IMG/VR virus record: IMGVR_UViG_3300043438_001900
Reading direction: 5' to 3' (one strand)
From: an uncultured virus (IMG/VR IMGVR_UViG_3300043438_001900)
Lineage: Duplodnaviria > Heunggongvirae > Uroviricota > Caudoviricetes
DNA length: 64,000 nucleotides
Part shown: piece by piece, positions 41,428-51,321 of the stretch
How the letters are laid out: each line of letters starts with the position of its first letter
How positions within the stretch are numbered: position 1 is the first letter of the stretch
Notes under the pieces: generated by a model
Seen by the model: the letters and a program-made list of their open reading frames with translations, nothing else
Database searches by the model: none
Told to the model about the DNA's origin: nothing
Translations under genes and position numbers: made by a program

Positions 41428-41851
41428 AATTTATTTAGACGATGTTAGAACACCAATTAGTCCAAACAATGAATGGGTGGATGGTATTGAGGAATGGACT
41501 GTTGTTAGGAATTACGTGGAATTCGTAGAGAAAATAACCGAGATTGGTTTGGAGAACATAGAATTAATTTCTTTGGACCACGATTTAGGTGATACCGCAA
41601 TGGCCGAATGGCATCGTAATGTTTATCACAACTATGAGTTGGATTATGATAATATCCTTGAAAAAACCGGAATGGATTGTGTTAAATGGTTGGTTGAAAA
41701 ATGGATGGATGGTGAACCCGTGGTTACTGTTGTTGTACACTCGGCAAACGCAATCGGTAGTGGAAATATGATGGGTTATATAAACAATTACCGACACATC
41801 AATAAATTACCACAAAATTGTATTAGAGTTCAGTGGGAACACACGGTGTAA
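41417..41851 (+). CDS. Cyclic-phosphate-processing receiver-like domain protein
   Basis: IYLDDVR, ISLDHDLG, TGMDCVKWL, VHSANAIG; likely start MKYRI at 41417. Confidence 0.8.
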   Translation: MKYRIYLDDVRTPISPNNEWVDGIEEWTVVRNYVEFVEKITEIGLENIELISLDHDLGDTAMAEWHRNVYHNYELDYDNILEKTGMDCVKWLVEKWMDGEPVVTVVVHSANAIGSGNMMGYINNYRHINKLPQNCIRVQWEHTV

Positions 41852-41913
41852 AAATCGTTTGGATAATTTAATTTTTTTAATCACCTTTGTACTGAACCAA
41901 ACAATTTATTAAA

Positions 41914-42243
41914 ATGGATACAAATACTAACTCAATTGCGACCAAAAAATTATTAATAAAAGGAAAGTATGAAGGTTTTAAAGACTTTTATGATGTTAAC
42001 AAAATTGTTATTTACAAAAACATTTTAAAACTTTTTACCAACTTCAAAAAACAAGATAAAGACCAATTAGTTCTTATCATTTCGGCAAAGATTAGTAATT
42101 TAGATTGGGAAACCGAATTGAAATTTCAAAGAAAAGAGTCCATCGTTTTAGTTCGTGATATCATGCCGTACTTCGAGCAAATCGAAGACTATGAAACATG
42201 TGGTCAAATCTGTGACCTATACAAAAAAATACAATCAGTTTGA
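41914..42243 (+). CDS. Hypothetical protein
   Basis: 109 aa ending in a YFEQIEDYETC motif. Confidence 0.55.
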   Translation: MDTNTNSIATKKLLIKGKYEGFKDFYDVNKIVIYKNILKLFTNFKKQDKDQLVLIISAKISNLDWETELKFQRKESIVLVRDIMPYFEQIEDYETCGQICDLYKKIQSV

Positions 42244-44526
42244 TGAGTGAGATAAGTTTGAATCACCTTTAACAATATACTTTATGTTAAGGGTGACAGA
42301 ACTTGTCACAAAATTTATAGTAAAACTCGTAACGGGTGTTACTGTTTTATAATTTGATGGAGTTATCGAATTAAAATCTGACGCAGTATACCACCACACT
42401 TTATCAAACGTAATCATACCTGTAAGATTTGCACCAAGTAAGTACGCATCAGGTATGGTAACAACACCGTCATCATTAATGTCACCAGCCCTCATTTTAG
42501 GTCCACTGTTCAAATGTATTCCTGAAAGTGTATTGTTGGGTGTATTTTCATTTTGAGACTCGTTAAACACCAAATCAAAGTCTGATGAAGTTAGTGTTGG
42601 CGTAAATGAAGGTACAACTTTGAAAGTTGCATTATGTTTTGTTGGATTCAATGTATATGTTCCGTTTGTTGCGACCGTTACGGTTTGTAATAATGTGTCC
42701 GTAGTACCCACAACCAAATATAATTTAACCTGCGGTCTTGTGGATAGTCCAGATGGAATTGTAATTGTACCACTAATTGTTTCAGTTATAATTGAAACCG
42801 TACCATTACTACTATATGCAAATCCACAAGTACCACTTTGTAATTGTGCTCTAAATAATGTTTTGGTTGTAATGTTTGTATAACTATTACTTGCAGTTGT
42901 GTTTGTTATGTCTGTCCAGTTGACACCGTCATTAGTAGACTTCTGCCATTTAACAATAGTTCCAGTATAACTACTTAATGTCAATGTACCTGAGTTTGTT
43001 GTACTCGTGTGAGTTGCTGATGACACACCACCACCAACAGGGGGTGTTCCCGATGTTACGCTGATAGTTTTAGCACCTGATAATACCGCACTACCACAAC
43101 TCGGTGTTTGGACTTCAACACGATAATAATATGTACCAGCGGAACTTATGGTTTCTGTTAAACTTGTTGTTGTGTTAGAGATATTAGTCCAATTCACGTT
43201 GTCCGTTGAGCGTTGCCATTTATTTACATTACCCTGTTGACCTGATAATGTTAATTCAACTTGACCACCGGCACATATAGAATTATTTGCCGCGAATACC
43301 GACCCCGATTTAGTTGGTTTTACGGTAACATAGACACTTGAGGTTGCCAATCCCGAACAACTAACAGGACTTGATGAATTCACAATTGCTCGGTAATATG
43401 TTGTCTTCGTTAAATTGGTTACCGTTATACTTGTTGATGTACTTGTGATAGTTGTTCCTGCAGTAAAAAAGTTATCGAAAGATGATTCCCATCTAACAAC
43501 ACTACCCGATAAATTATTTAATGTTAATGTCGTACTATTACTTCCTGAACATACGTTAACATCACCACCACTTATGTAACCACTTGAAGAGTTACTGACC
43601 TCAATATTTCTTGTTAATATAGTTGTACTCGTTGTTATATCACCCGGCATGTCACCATACTCACAAATATAACCCGGTAGAGTACTATTTGCTAAGTCAT
43701 TCCATTGACCACTATTTGATGAATAGAATTGTCCAAACGCTTCCGAGGTACCATTTGGTTCTCCACCCGCCCATTTATGATACATACCCGATACTAAGGT
43801 TGTACTTGGGGTATTTCCATTTGAAAAGTTTTGACCTTTTTCAGGACCTGTAACCCAGTGCCACTTTCCTTCTGATGCGGATTGACTCGCATAAACAGTT
43901 GAACCCTTTGCAGTGTTGATATAGTTGTAATCATCCGATGCACCAAACCAAGCATCGTTTGCCATTAATTTCCAAATAAAGTTATTTTCCGCCTCGGATA
44001 AAACTGTTGCCAAATAACCAACCCTTCCGAAGTATGATTTATTACTTGCGTTTGTATATGAATTAGTCCAACTTGTATTACCCGACACATATTCATAAAA
44101 GTGTTCGGTTAATGGATTATAAAAAACAGTACCTGCAACGAAAGTCACTCTTCTTTGAAGTGCGTAACATGTGGAGGTGGTTGATTTAAATTCAACACCC
44201 CTTAATACTGATTCCCAATTTGTTGCAGTTGTTGAACCACTAAAAATTAAAACACCCGTTGTGGTATTAAATGATGAAGAAACTCCCGATGGAAGTGTTG
44301 CCGTTGACCTTAATTGGTCACCACTCGTATATGTTTGAGATATTTGAACTCTAAAACCTGTAATCGTTCCATTTGCGGTTAAAGTTAGATTTGGGTCAAC
44401 TTTAGTCCACGTATTATATGTCGATGAAAGAGCACTCGTACTTGATGTTCCAAGACTAACAGATGTTGCCTGTGAAAAACCTAAGACTGGTAACAATAAA
44501 AATAATATGTATAGTAGTTTTCTCAT
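42235..44526 (-). CDS. Secreted protein with C-type-lectin-like, Ig-like and dockerin-like domains
   Basis: Signal peptide; GYLATV..EAENNFI, WAGGEPN, WNDL, GYICEY (lectin); GDINDDGVVTIPDA (dockerin-like). Confidence 0.75.
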   Translation of the reverse strand: MRKLLYILFLLLPVLGFSQATSVSLGTSSTSALSSTYNTWTKVDPNLTLTANGTITGFRVQISQTYTSGDQLRSTATLPSGVSSSFNTTTGVLIFSGSTTATNWESVLRGVEFKSTTSTCYALQRRVTFVAGTVFYNPLTEHFYEYVSGNTSWTNSYTNASNKSYFGRVGYLATVLSEAENNFIWKLMANDAWFGASDDYNYINTAKGSTVYASQSASEGKWHWVTGPEKGQNFSNGNTPSTTLVSGMYHKWAGGEPNGTSEAFGQFYSSNSGQWNDLANSTLPGYICEYGDMPGDITTSTTILTRNIEVSNSSSGYISGGDVNVCSGSNSTTLTLNNLSGSVVRWESSFDNFFTAGTTITSTSTSITVTNLTKTTYYRAIVNSSSPVSCSGLATSSVYVTVKPTKSGSVFAANNSICAGGQVELTLSGQQGNVNKWQRSTDNVNWTNISNTTTSLTETISSAGTYYYRVEVQTPSCGSAVLSGAKTISVTSGTPPVGGGVSSATHTSTTNSGTLTLSSYTGTIVKWQKSTNDGVNWTDITNTTASNSYTNITTKTLFRAQLQSGTCGFAYSSNGTVSIITETISGTITIPSGLSTRPQVKLYLVVGTTDTLLQTVTVATNGTYTLNPTKHNATFKVVPSFTPTLTSSDFDLVFNESQNENTPNNTLSGIHLNSGPKMRAGDINDDGVVTIPDAYLLGANLTGMITFDKVWWYTASDFNSITPSNYKTVTPVTSFTINFVTSSVTLNIKYIVKGDSNLSHSSN

Positions 44527-46154
44527 AGATTAACCTTACTACCTATTAAGAAGAAAGATAAAATAGGAATTTCGGGGTTCGAACTTATATTCGCCTTATA
44601 ATTCATGTTTATTTTAAATCTTTTTGAGATTTGATAATCAAATCCACTACCCAAGAATCCACTAAAAAATCTATCGGTTATTGTTACTTGTTCTTTTGTT
44701 GAGTAAACCAACGGTGTTGACATTACATATAATTCGGGTGACACCATTAATTTTTTACCGACCTTAAACGGTCTGGTGTAAAACGCAGTTACAGATGGTG
44801 AATAATAACCACTCTTATCTTCTGAAATGATTGATACCGCACCACTTACGTTAAAACCCGTAACACCCCATTTACCTGCGTTTAAAATACCACTATATCC
44901 TAAGAAACCAAGTATATTTCCATAGGTGTATACACCAGTTAGACTAGCGTTATGTATGTACTTTATTGTGTTCTTTTTATTGTAATGTAACTTAGTATAT
45001 TTTGTCGATATCGCAAATTGATTAAGATTTGCCCAAATCATAGCGGTCGCCCCGAAACTCGATAAACCTGTCATTGATGACCTGTTTGCACTCAAGTTAA
45101 GAATTGGAGTAAATGTTTTATTTAAATTTTGTGCGGTTGTTAAATCAGAAGAAACAATCAATGGATTTGAACTACCTGATTTACCACCACCTGATTTACC
45201 ACCACCTGATTTACCACCACCCGATTTACCACCACCTGAACTACCACCACCACTACCATTATCGTTGTGAGCGTCATTATTCATTGTTGTGGTTGCCCCA
45301 ACCTCTTCATTACTTTGACTGTTTGAATTGTTACCCGACCCCGTTCCACCACCTGTTGTACTTCCGCCTGTGGTTCCACCCGAACTACCCGTAGAACTAC
45401 CATTACCACCGGTTCCACTTCCACCTGTTGTACTACCGCCAGTTGTTCCTGAACCACCCGTTCCACTTCCTCCTGTTGTACTACCGCCAGTTGTTCCTGA
45501 ACCACCTACAGGTGGCTGAGACGAGCCACTTCCCCCTTGAGGTGGGTTACTTGAACCTGTGCTGTTTCCTCCCTGTGTTCCAGTTGAACCTCCCTGAGAA
45601 GAATTAGTTCCTCCAGTCGACCCAGTAGTTCCTCCTGAACCTTGGGATTGACCTCCATTCTCGCCTCCCTGAGAAGACGAACCACTTCCGTTATTGTTAT
45701 TACCTGACCCATTTGAATTTCCATTAGATTGTTTATTCCCATCTTTTTTATTATTCCCACCGGCATTAAGATTACCCCCACTCGATGATGATTGAGCGGA
45801 TGACATAATACTACCAACAACCGATTGTACGGTACTACTAATAATTTGGGATGTGATTTGATTTTGTGTTACTTGACCTTGTTGTTGTGAACATGGGTTT
45901 GTTTGACGATACTCGGAGTATGTTTGATTAACCCAACTTGAGAATACTCCACTGGCAACATCCGCAGCGGTAAAGTATTGACTTTTATTTAAAAAAAATA
46001 TTGTAGTACCACCTTGTAATGGTACGGTAAAAAGAGTTACTTCTTTTGTACATGGGTCGATAAATGTTTGCACCGACACCTGAGCCTTTATATTCTGACT
46101 AAACAGAACAAAAAAACTTATAAAAAATAATGTCTTTATTGTTTTCCAATACAT
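44523..46154 (-). CDS. Secreted protein with Gly/Ser/Thr low-complexity linker and C-terminal beta-barrel-like domain
   Basis: Signal peptide; GGS/GGKSG repeats (~45175-45780); amphipathic C-terminal strands. Confidence 0.7.
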   Translation of the reverse strand: MYWKTIKTLFFISFFVLFSQNIKAQVSVQTFIDPCTKEVTLFTVPLQGGTTIFFLNKSQYFTAADVASGVFSSWVNQTYSEYRQTNPCSQQQGQVTQNQITSQIISSTVQSVVGSIMSSAQSSSSGGNLNAGGNNKKDGNKQSNGNSNGSGNNNNGSGSSSQGGENGGQSQGSGGTTGSTGGTNSSQGGSTGTQGGNSTGSSNPPQGGSGSSQPPVGGSGTTGGSTTGGSGTGGSGTTGGSTTGGSGTGGNGSSTGSSGGTTGGSTTGGGTGSGNNSNSQSNEEVGATTTMNNDAHNDNGSGGGSSGGGKSGGGKSGGGKSGGGKSGSSNPLIVSSDLTTAQNLNKTFTPILNLSANRSSMTGLSSFGATAMIWANLNQFAISTKYTKLHYNKKNTIKYIHNASLTGVYTYGNILGFLGYSGILNAGKWGVTGFNVSGAVSIISEDKSGYYSPSVTAFYTRPFKVGKKLMVSPELYVMSTPLVYSTKEQVTITDRFFSGFLGSGFDYQISKRFKINMNYKANISSNPEIPILSFFLIGSKVNL

Positions 46155-46222
46155 AATAATAAATACTAAAAAGGGGGTTATTAACCCCCCAAATTTTTAA
46201 TTATCAATAATAAAAAATAACA

Positions 46223-46990
46223 TTAATTAGGAAAAACACCCTTCTTAATCATCCTAAGTAGGATTCTACTACATGCGATGTCCAATGATTTTTTTGTTGC
46301 GATTCCAATTGTTGATTGGTTGAATTTTACTTCACTTAGATTATCATCGTTTAATAAACTTAATTCTCTTACCGTCGTCGCCTCACCCAAACCACTAGCA
46401 CCAATAATGGCACCCGTTTCTGCGTCTGTGAATCGAACTTGCATACCAATACGAGTTGTTACAGTATTTTTAACTCCATTTGCCATGTTTACTGTTTCAT
46501 CTTCACTAACAGAATAATCATATAGTTCAATTGTAACAAAGTAATGTGCCAAACGTATTTTACCTCTACCGTTTAAAGTATCTTGGGAAATACCCGCTTG
46601 AGATGCTTGGAATTGTTTTACCATTCTATTCTTAATCTCTGTTTTATCCTCAGTGAAAATAAAACGATTAAGATTCTCAAGATATTCAAGTGTCATATTC
46701 GCAACACCCAAACCAACTTTCTTTTCCTTTAGTTCAGGGTATAGTTCATATACCTCATCACTAATACCGATTTTTAATATCTGTATTGGAATTTGAGGTC
46801 CCTCATAATCCATTAAAGAATCGATATTAACACTGGTTTCAAAAGATGCCTTATATTGTTCTGTTTGTGTTTTACCGATAGTTTGTGCGGTTGCCTTATT
46901 GGCAAACGCAAACATTAAAAGAAACCATAAGATAACAACCATGATTGGCATCAAATATTGTTTTACTTTATCGTTATTTAATAGTTTCAT
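46223..46990 (-). CDS. CsgG/HfaB-like protein
   Basis: GLGVANMTLEYLENLNRF, AHYFVTIELYDY, IGMQVRFTDAETGAII pattern. Confidence 0.6.
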   Translation of the reverse strand: MKLLNNDKVKQYLMPIMVVILWFLLMFAFANKATAQTIGKTQTEQYKASFETSVNIDSLMDYEGPQIPIQILKIGISDEVYELYPELKEKKVGLGVANMTLEYLENLNRFIFTEDKTEIKNRMVKQFQASQAGISQDTLNGRGKIRLAHYFVTIELYDYSVSEDETVNMANGVKNTVTTRIGMQVRFTDAETGAIIGASGLGEATTVRELSLLNDDNLSEVKFNQSTIGIATKKSLDIACSRILLRMIKKGVFPN

Positions 46991-46991
46991 A

Positions 46992-47546
46992 TTATAAACT
47001 GCCTTCTTCTTTTATTTTTCCGCACTTTAAACATTCTTCTTCACCATCTCCGTCAGCATCACCCCAAACGTGTTCACACTGTCTGTGGTCAAAATACTCA
47101 TCGATGATTCCGTCGTTGTCAAAGTCTAATCCGTCCATAACACCATCTCCATCTTCATCGATTTCAACACCTTTTTTGGCAACTTGGACAGGTTGTTCAA
47201 GTTCCTCGATTATGGGTGACGATGTTGGTCCACTTGGTATATCAGACGTGTTTGATATCGAAATACCGTCCTCCTCATCCATTTTCTGAACTAACATTTT
47301 ATCCTTATCGGTATCACTAAACCAATAGTCAATGATTTTCCCGTAAGAACCAATAAATGCACCTAATAAAAGGAGTAAAAGTTCTTTCCACTCTCCTTCA
47401 ATTGGTGATTTGGAGAATATCGCAAAAAACATTCCGCCAACGATGAACATGAACCCACCTAATACTAAAGCGGTAATGTACCATCTTCTACGCATCATTG
47501 CATATAATAATTGCTTAAATCCGTCTGGTTGTTGTGTATTTGACAT
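46992..47546 (-). CDS. Membrane protein with Ca-binding-like DxDxDG motifs
   Basis: Two TM segments; DEDGDG, DFDNDG, DADGDG. Confidence 0.6.
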   Translation of the reverse strand: MSNTQQPDGFKQLLYAMMRRRWYITALVLGGFMFIVGGMFFAIFSKSPIEGEWKELLLLLLGAFIGSYGKIIDYWFSDTDKDKMLVQKMDEEDGISISNTSDIPSGPTSSPIIEELEQPVQVAKKGVEIDEDGDGVMDGLDFDNDGIIDEYFDHRQCEHVWGDADGDGEEECLKCGKIKEEGSL

Positions 47547-47570
47547 ATTTCTTTTTTTTACTTTAAATTA

Positions 47571-47891
47571 TTACCATTTTGGCTCTTCAGCCGCAAATTC
47601 GTCTTTTTTCTTTTCTTTAGGTTTTTCAGCTGGTGCTGATGCCGCTGGTTTTTCAACAACTCTTTCAATCACTTTGGTTGTACCACCTGATTGTTGTTGT
47701 TGGTTAGCGTTACTGTTAGTAATGTTAATAACGGGTGCTGCTTGTTGAACTGGTTGTGCTTCTTCAGCACCTCCACCTAACATTGTTGCGAACCATGTAC
47801 CGGCGCCTAATACTGCTGTTGACAATACACCGATTATGGTTTTTTTAAGTCCTGTCCAAGTTCCTTCTTGTTCTTGTGTTTCTTCGCTCAT
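47571..47891 (-). CDS. Small membrane-anchored protein
   Basis: One TM segment followed by a low-complexity tail. Confidence 0.6.
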   Translation of the reverse strand: MSEETQEQEGTWTGLKKTIIGVLSTAVLGAGTWFATMLGGGAEEAQPVQQAAPVINITNSNANQQQQSGGTTKVIERVVEKPAASAPAEKPKEKKKDEFAAEEPKW

Positions 47892-47895
47892 AAGT

Positions 47896-49803
47896 TTAGA
47901 GTTTTATAAATTGTTTTGTTAATTGGTTATTTTGATTGTTTAATACTAAATAGTAGTGACCCGTACTTGATGATGTCATGTCAATTTGTTTGTATCCCAC
48001 TGTGGAACCTTGACCTGAAATTTCACCAATGTGTTTCACCAATCTACCTTGCATATCATAAATACTACCATTTAACTTAATATTCGGGTCGGGGAAAAGA
48101 ACCTCAATCTCAAACCATCCTGTTACTGGATTTGGTCTAATAAGTGCGCTAATTTCTTTAAATTCACCGGGTAAAGTGGTTGGTGACATTTTATAGAAAA
48201 GTGTGGTCACTTGACTTGCTAAGTTTATTTCCAAATGGTCACCGTTATTATCAGATGCATCCATTAATTTTCTCACATAAATGTTTGTACTAACATCAAC
48301 ATTACCAATTGGACTAAATTTTATTTTAAATGGAGTGTGTGAACCAACCAATCCGTCTTTTTGTTGGTTGTTCATACCACCGAATCTGATGGTTCCCGCG
48401 GCCTCATCATGAGTTAAGTATTGTAACCAAGGACCACCATTAAAGTTGGAAACTATTTCATCAAATTTAACCTTTGTTTTATCGTACTTCATCTCAAACT
48501 GTAAACCGTAGTTTTGGTCACCATTTGTGTTGATGTTAAATGGAACATACATTGGTTGTCCAAGTGATGATGTATTAGGAATTTCAACATCTAATTTACC
48601 TTTATAAACCGCCTTAGCAACTAATACACCTGAACTGTTATAAACAGGAGATGAATAAGTTCTATCAACGTCACCTAATACAAAGTACTTAATATCGATG
48701 TTAGTTAAGTTAGTGGTACCAATACTATCCACAACATAATTGTATGCGGTTGAGTGGTTTGTCCATTCTGTCCATTGGTTAGCGCCTAACACTAATGAAT
48801 CAAATACATTTCTGTGGAATGCGTGAATCATTGTGGTTGTGTCAATCTTTTTAAGACCACTTATGTTTGCGTAAATCAAATAAGGGTCACCACCATCGAT
48901 TTTACCGTTTTTGTTAACATCACCAATCAAATACGCCAAACCATGTTTCAAGTAGTTTTGTGATGGTGTTTGACTAACATCGGTAACCGAATATTCATCA
49001 TATGTTTTAACCGCATCAGATATAGTAACACCATAATCTCTAATAGTAGTCATACTATCTGCTGGGAATCTTACTGTTAATTTATATTTTGTATTTTTAT
49101 CTACGTTGTTAAGAGAGTAAAGACCTGCAGTATCCACTTGTTGTGAAGATACAAATTCACCTGTGTTAAATTTAGTACAAATGATTGTAGGTCTCATTCC
49201 AACACCTACCATAGTAGGTGGTAACCATACTTTACCACTAATAACCAAGTTACCCAAAAGTTCAAGATGCATATCCTGTACGTTCAAGGTCGCAATGTTA
49301 TCACCAATTGTGGTACCATCAAATTTGAACATACGAGCCCAGTTAATTTCAAGACTATCCGCGTTGAAGTTTGATGTAACATCATTTATGATAAATTTGT
49401 TATGTATTAAGAAAGTATCCGCAGTAATCTGAGAACCACTTGATAATACTAAGTAATTTCTGGCAACAGTGTAGTTAGTATCGGTTGCATATGTGTACGA
49501 ACTTGTACTTGAGTTGTAACCCGAATACTTGTAGTCATTAAAGAACTTAATAGACAACGAAGGGGTCATACTACTAACGGTAGCGTCAACAGTTGTTGAT
49601 ACGTGAGTAAAAAGTTGTTTTCTATATTGAAAATCAACTTGGAAGGTTCTTATGTCCACAGATGACGATGCGTCATATTTGAACACCACATCTAATGTGT
49701 CTCCTCTTTTAATGGTTTTATAGGCAACTGGGTTACCTATACCTTGTGCAAATGCCGACGATGATGTAATTAATACAACAAGGGCTAAAATTAGTTTTTT
49801 CAT
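47896..49803 (-). CDS. Secreted protein with cohesin-like and dockerin-like domains and a T9SS C-terminal sorting domain
   Basis: Signal peptide; TFQVDFQY and GLQFEMKYD (cohesin-like); GDVNKNGKIDGGD; IRPNP...IYDMQGRLVK...GHYYLVL...TKQFIKL. Confidence 0.75.
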   Translation of the reverse strand: MKKLILALVVLITSSSAFAQGIGNPVAYKTIKRGDTLDVVFKYDASSSVDIRTFQVDFQYRKQLFTHVSTTVDATVSSMTPSLSIKFFNDYKYSGYNSSTSSYTYATDTNYTVARNYLVLSSGSQITADTFLIHNKFIINDVTSNFNADSLEINWARMFKFDGTTIGDNIATLNVQDMHLELLGNLVISGKVWLPPTMVGVGMRPTIICTKFNTGEFVSSQQVDTAGLYSLNNVDKNTKYKLTVRFPADSMTTIRDYGVTISDAVKTYDEYSVTDVSQTPSQNYLKHGLAYLIGDVNKNGKIDGGDPYLIYANISGLKKIDTTTMIHAFHRNVFDSLVLGANQWTEWTNHSTAYNYVVDSIGTTNLTNIDIKYFVLGDVDRTYSSPVYNSSGVLVAKAVYKGKLDVEIPNTSSLGQPMYVPFNINTNGDQNYGLQFEMKYDKTKVKFDEIVSNFNGGPWLQYLTHDEAAGTIRFGGMNNQQKDGLVGSHTPFKIKFSPIGNVDVSTNIYVRKLMDASDNNGDHLEINLASQVTTLFYKMSPTTLPGEFKEISALIRPNPVTGWFEIEVLFPDPNIKLNGSIYDMQGRLVKHIGEISGQGSTVGYKQIDMTSSSTGHYYLVLNNQNNQLTKQFIKL

Positions 49804-50300
49804 AGTAGTTTATCGAGTAAGTTTATTGTTGTTTTCTTTATTGCAGAACTTGCGGATTCTTGATTGAATTTACCTCCCTCATCAATAATGATTGTTGAAG
49901 TTGATATTTCAGTCGATTTACCTTCCGCAAATTCAGTTTTAATTTTTTTATCTCCTTTATAGAGAACACCCTTCATTCTAATGACGGTGGTACTTTTATC
50001 TTGGTGAAATACAGCAATTCCTGATTTAGTATTGACGATATCAAAGAATATTAATTCAACCTGTATTGAGTATTCGGCCTTTTCTTTTACCCCAATCAAG
50101 ACCAAACTATCTTGTTCATTTATTATTTCTTGAACAATGTTTTTTACTCCAAACGCCAAATTTTTGTTACCAACAAGAGTACCAACACGGATGTTGTTAA
50201 TCACGGGTTCAACAAAAATAGTCGGTCCTGTCTGAGCAGTTACGCTCAAAAAGGGACATAGGAATAGCACAGAAAAAATTATACTTTTGATAAGTCTCAT
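49800..50300 (-). CDS. Secreted protein, possibly CsgG-related fold
   Basis: Signal peptide; LAFGVKNIVQE...SAIKKT loosely parallels 46223..46990. Confidence 0.5.
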   Translation of the reverse strand: MRLIKSIIFSVLFLCPFLSVTAQTGPTIFVEPVINNIRVGTLVGNKNLAFGVKNIVQEIINEQDSLVLIGVKEKAEYSIQVELIFFDIVNTKSGIAVFHQDKSTTVIRMKGVLYKGDKKIKTEFAEGKSTEISTSTIIIDEGGKFNQESASSAIKKTTINLLDKLL

Positions 50301-50324
50301 GGTTAAACAGTGGAATAAATTAGA

Positions 50325-50585
50325 TTATTCAGAGATTTCGTCTTCCGATTTTTTATTCTTGTTGTTAATCCACTTATCGACAGATGCGATACCGAATGAA
50401 CCTAACGTGATTACTAAAAATCCGTCAAAGATAAATTCGTTAATTAGTAATTCTTTACCCATCCAACCTGTAATAAGGTCAACGAATAGAGAGATTACCA
50501 TCATGAGAAACGCGATGAATCCCACTACTGATTTCTCGTTAATTGTGTTGTTATCGTTAAATAACTGGCTGAAAAATTTTTTCAT
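50325..50585 (-). CDS. Small two-TM membrane protein
   Basis: Two hydrophobic segments. Confidence 0.6.
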   Translation of the reverse strand: MKKFFSQLFNDNNTINEKSVVGFIAFLMMVISLFVDLITGWMGKELLINEFIFDGFLVITLGSFGIASVDKWINNKNKKSEDEISE

Positions 50586-50706
50586 AGTTGTAGTTTGTGT
50601 TTGTTTTTATGTTTGGTTATCAATAAATATCCCGGCAAAGTGTTAAGGAAAAAAAATTCGAGAAAATCAAGTCTAAAAAAATTTTATATCTTTTTTGATA
50701 CTTTTC

Positions 50707-50737
50707 TTTGTTTTTTGCATACTTATTGTTATCTTTG
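50707..50737 (+). promoter_or_regulatory. Bacteroidota-type promoter for leader 1 / tRNA block 1
   Basis: TTTG (50707-10), 19 nt, TATCTTTG (50730-37) fits the -33/-7 TTTG...TAnnTTTG consensus. Confidence 0.7.
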
Positions 50738-50768
50738 TAAAAGATTTAAAAACTAAATAAAAAATTCA

Positions 50769-50858
50769 ATGACACGCAACACACATACAATGTCGTTTAC
50801 TATCTGTTCGAAATGGGCGGAAGTGATTGATATTGCCATGTCTCGAGGTGTCTTGTAA
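50769..50858 (+). CDS. Putative attenuator leader peptide 1 (MTRNTHTMSFTICSKWAEVIDIAMSRGVL)
   Basis: 29-codon ORF between promoter and terminator; its codons match the block-1 tRNAs. Confidence 0.75.
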   Translation: MTRNTHTMSFTICSKWAEVIDIAMSRGVL

Positions 50859-50887
50859 GTTGTTTAGTTTTAAAACGATATTAAAGG

Positions 50888-50917
50888 AACCTCGAGAGAA
50901 ATCTCGGGGTTTTTTTT
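50888..50917 (+). terminator. Attenuator terminator 1
   Basis: AACCTCGAGA-GAAA-TCTCGGGGTT plus T-run; 5' arm complementary to TCTCGAGGT (50841-49) in the leader. Confidence 0.85.
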
Positions 50918-50923
50918 GTTTTA

Positions 50924-50996
50924 GGGCTGTTGGTATAGTTGGCTAACACACGACATTTGCACTGTCGAATCCCCGGTTCGAAGCCGGGACGGTCCA
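50924..50996 (+). tRNA. tRNA-Ala(TGC)
   Basis: Cloverleaf, G3:U70, loop TT-TGC-AC. Confidence 0.93.
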
Positions 50997-51027
50997 CAAA
51001 GTGTTCTTTGACATATTGGTTTAATTT

Positions 51028-51100
51028 GGTACCGTAGCTCAGTTGGTAGAGCGTCGCCCTGAAGAGGCGAGCGTCACTGGTTCGAATCCGGTCGGTACCA
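51028..51100 (+). tRNA. tRNA-Phe(GAA)
   Basis: Cloverleaf, loop CT-GAA-GA. Confidence 0.95.
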
Positions 51101-51105
51101 CATTT

Positions 51106-51179
51106 GTCTCCGTAGCTCAGTTGGTTAGAGCACCTCACTTTTAATGAGGGAGTCACGCGTTCGAGTCGCGTCGGGGACA
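51106..51179 (+). tRNA. tRNA-Lys(TTT)
   Basis: Cloverleaf, loop CT-TTT-AA. Confidence 0.95.
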
Positions 51180-51321
51180 CAAAGGTTGATTGGGGAATGA
51201 TTATGTCGATAGTTCGAGAGTGAATACTGACTGACATAATCGGAGTTTGGAGGTGTTCACCTAAGTAATGCCAATCATAAAAGTAGATGTCCACTGAACC
51301 ATCTTCTACTTTCCTTTATTT

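Noticed and set aside
45175..45520. 15-bp and longer tandem repeats as non-coding elements
   Set aside because: They encode GGKSG and GGSTT linkers in 44523..46154.
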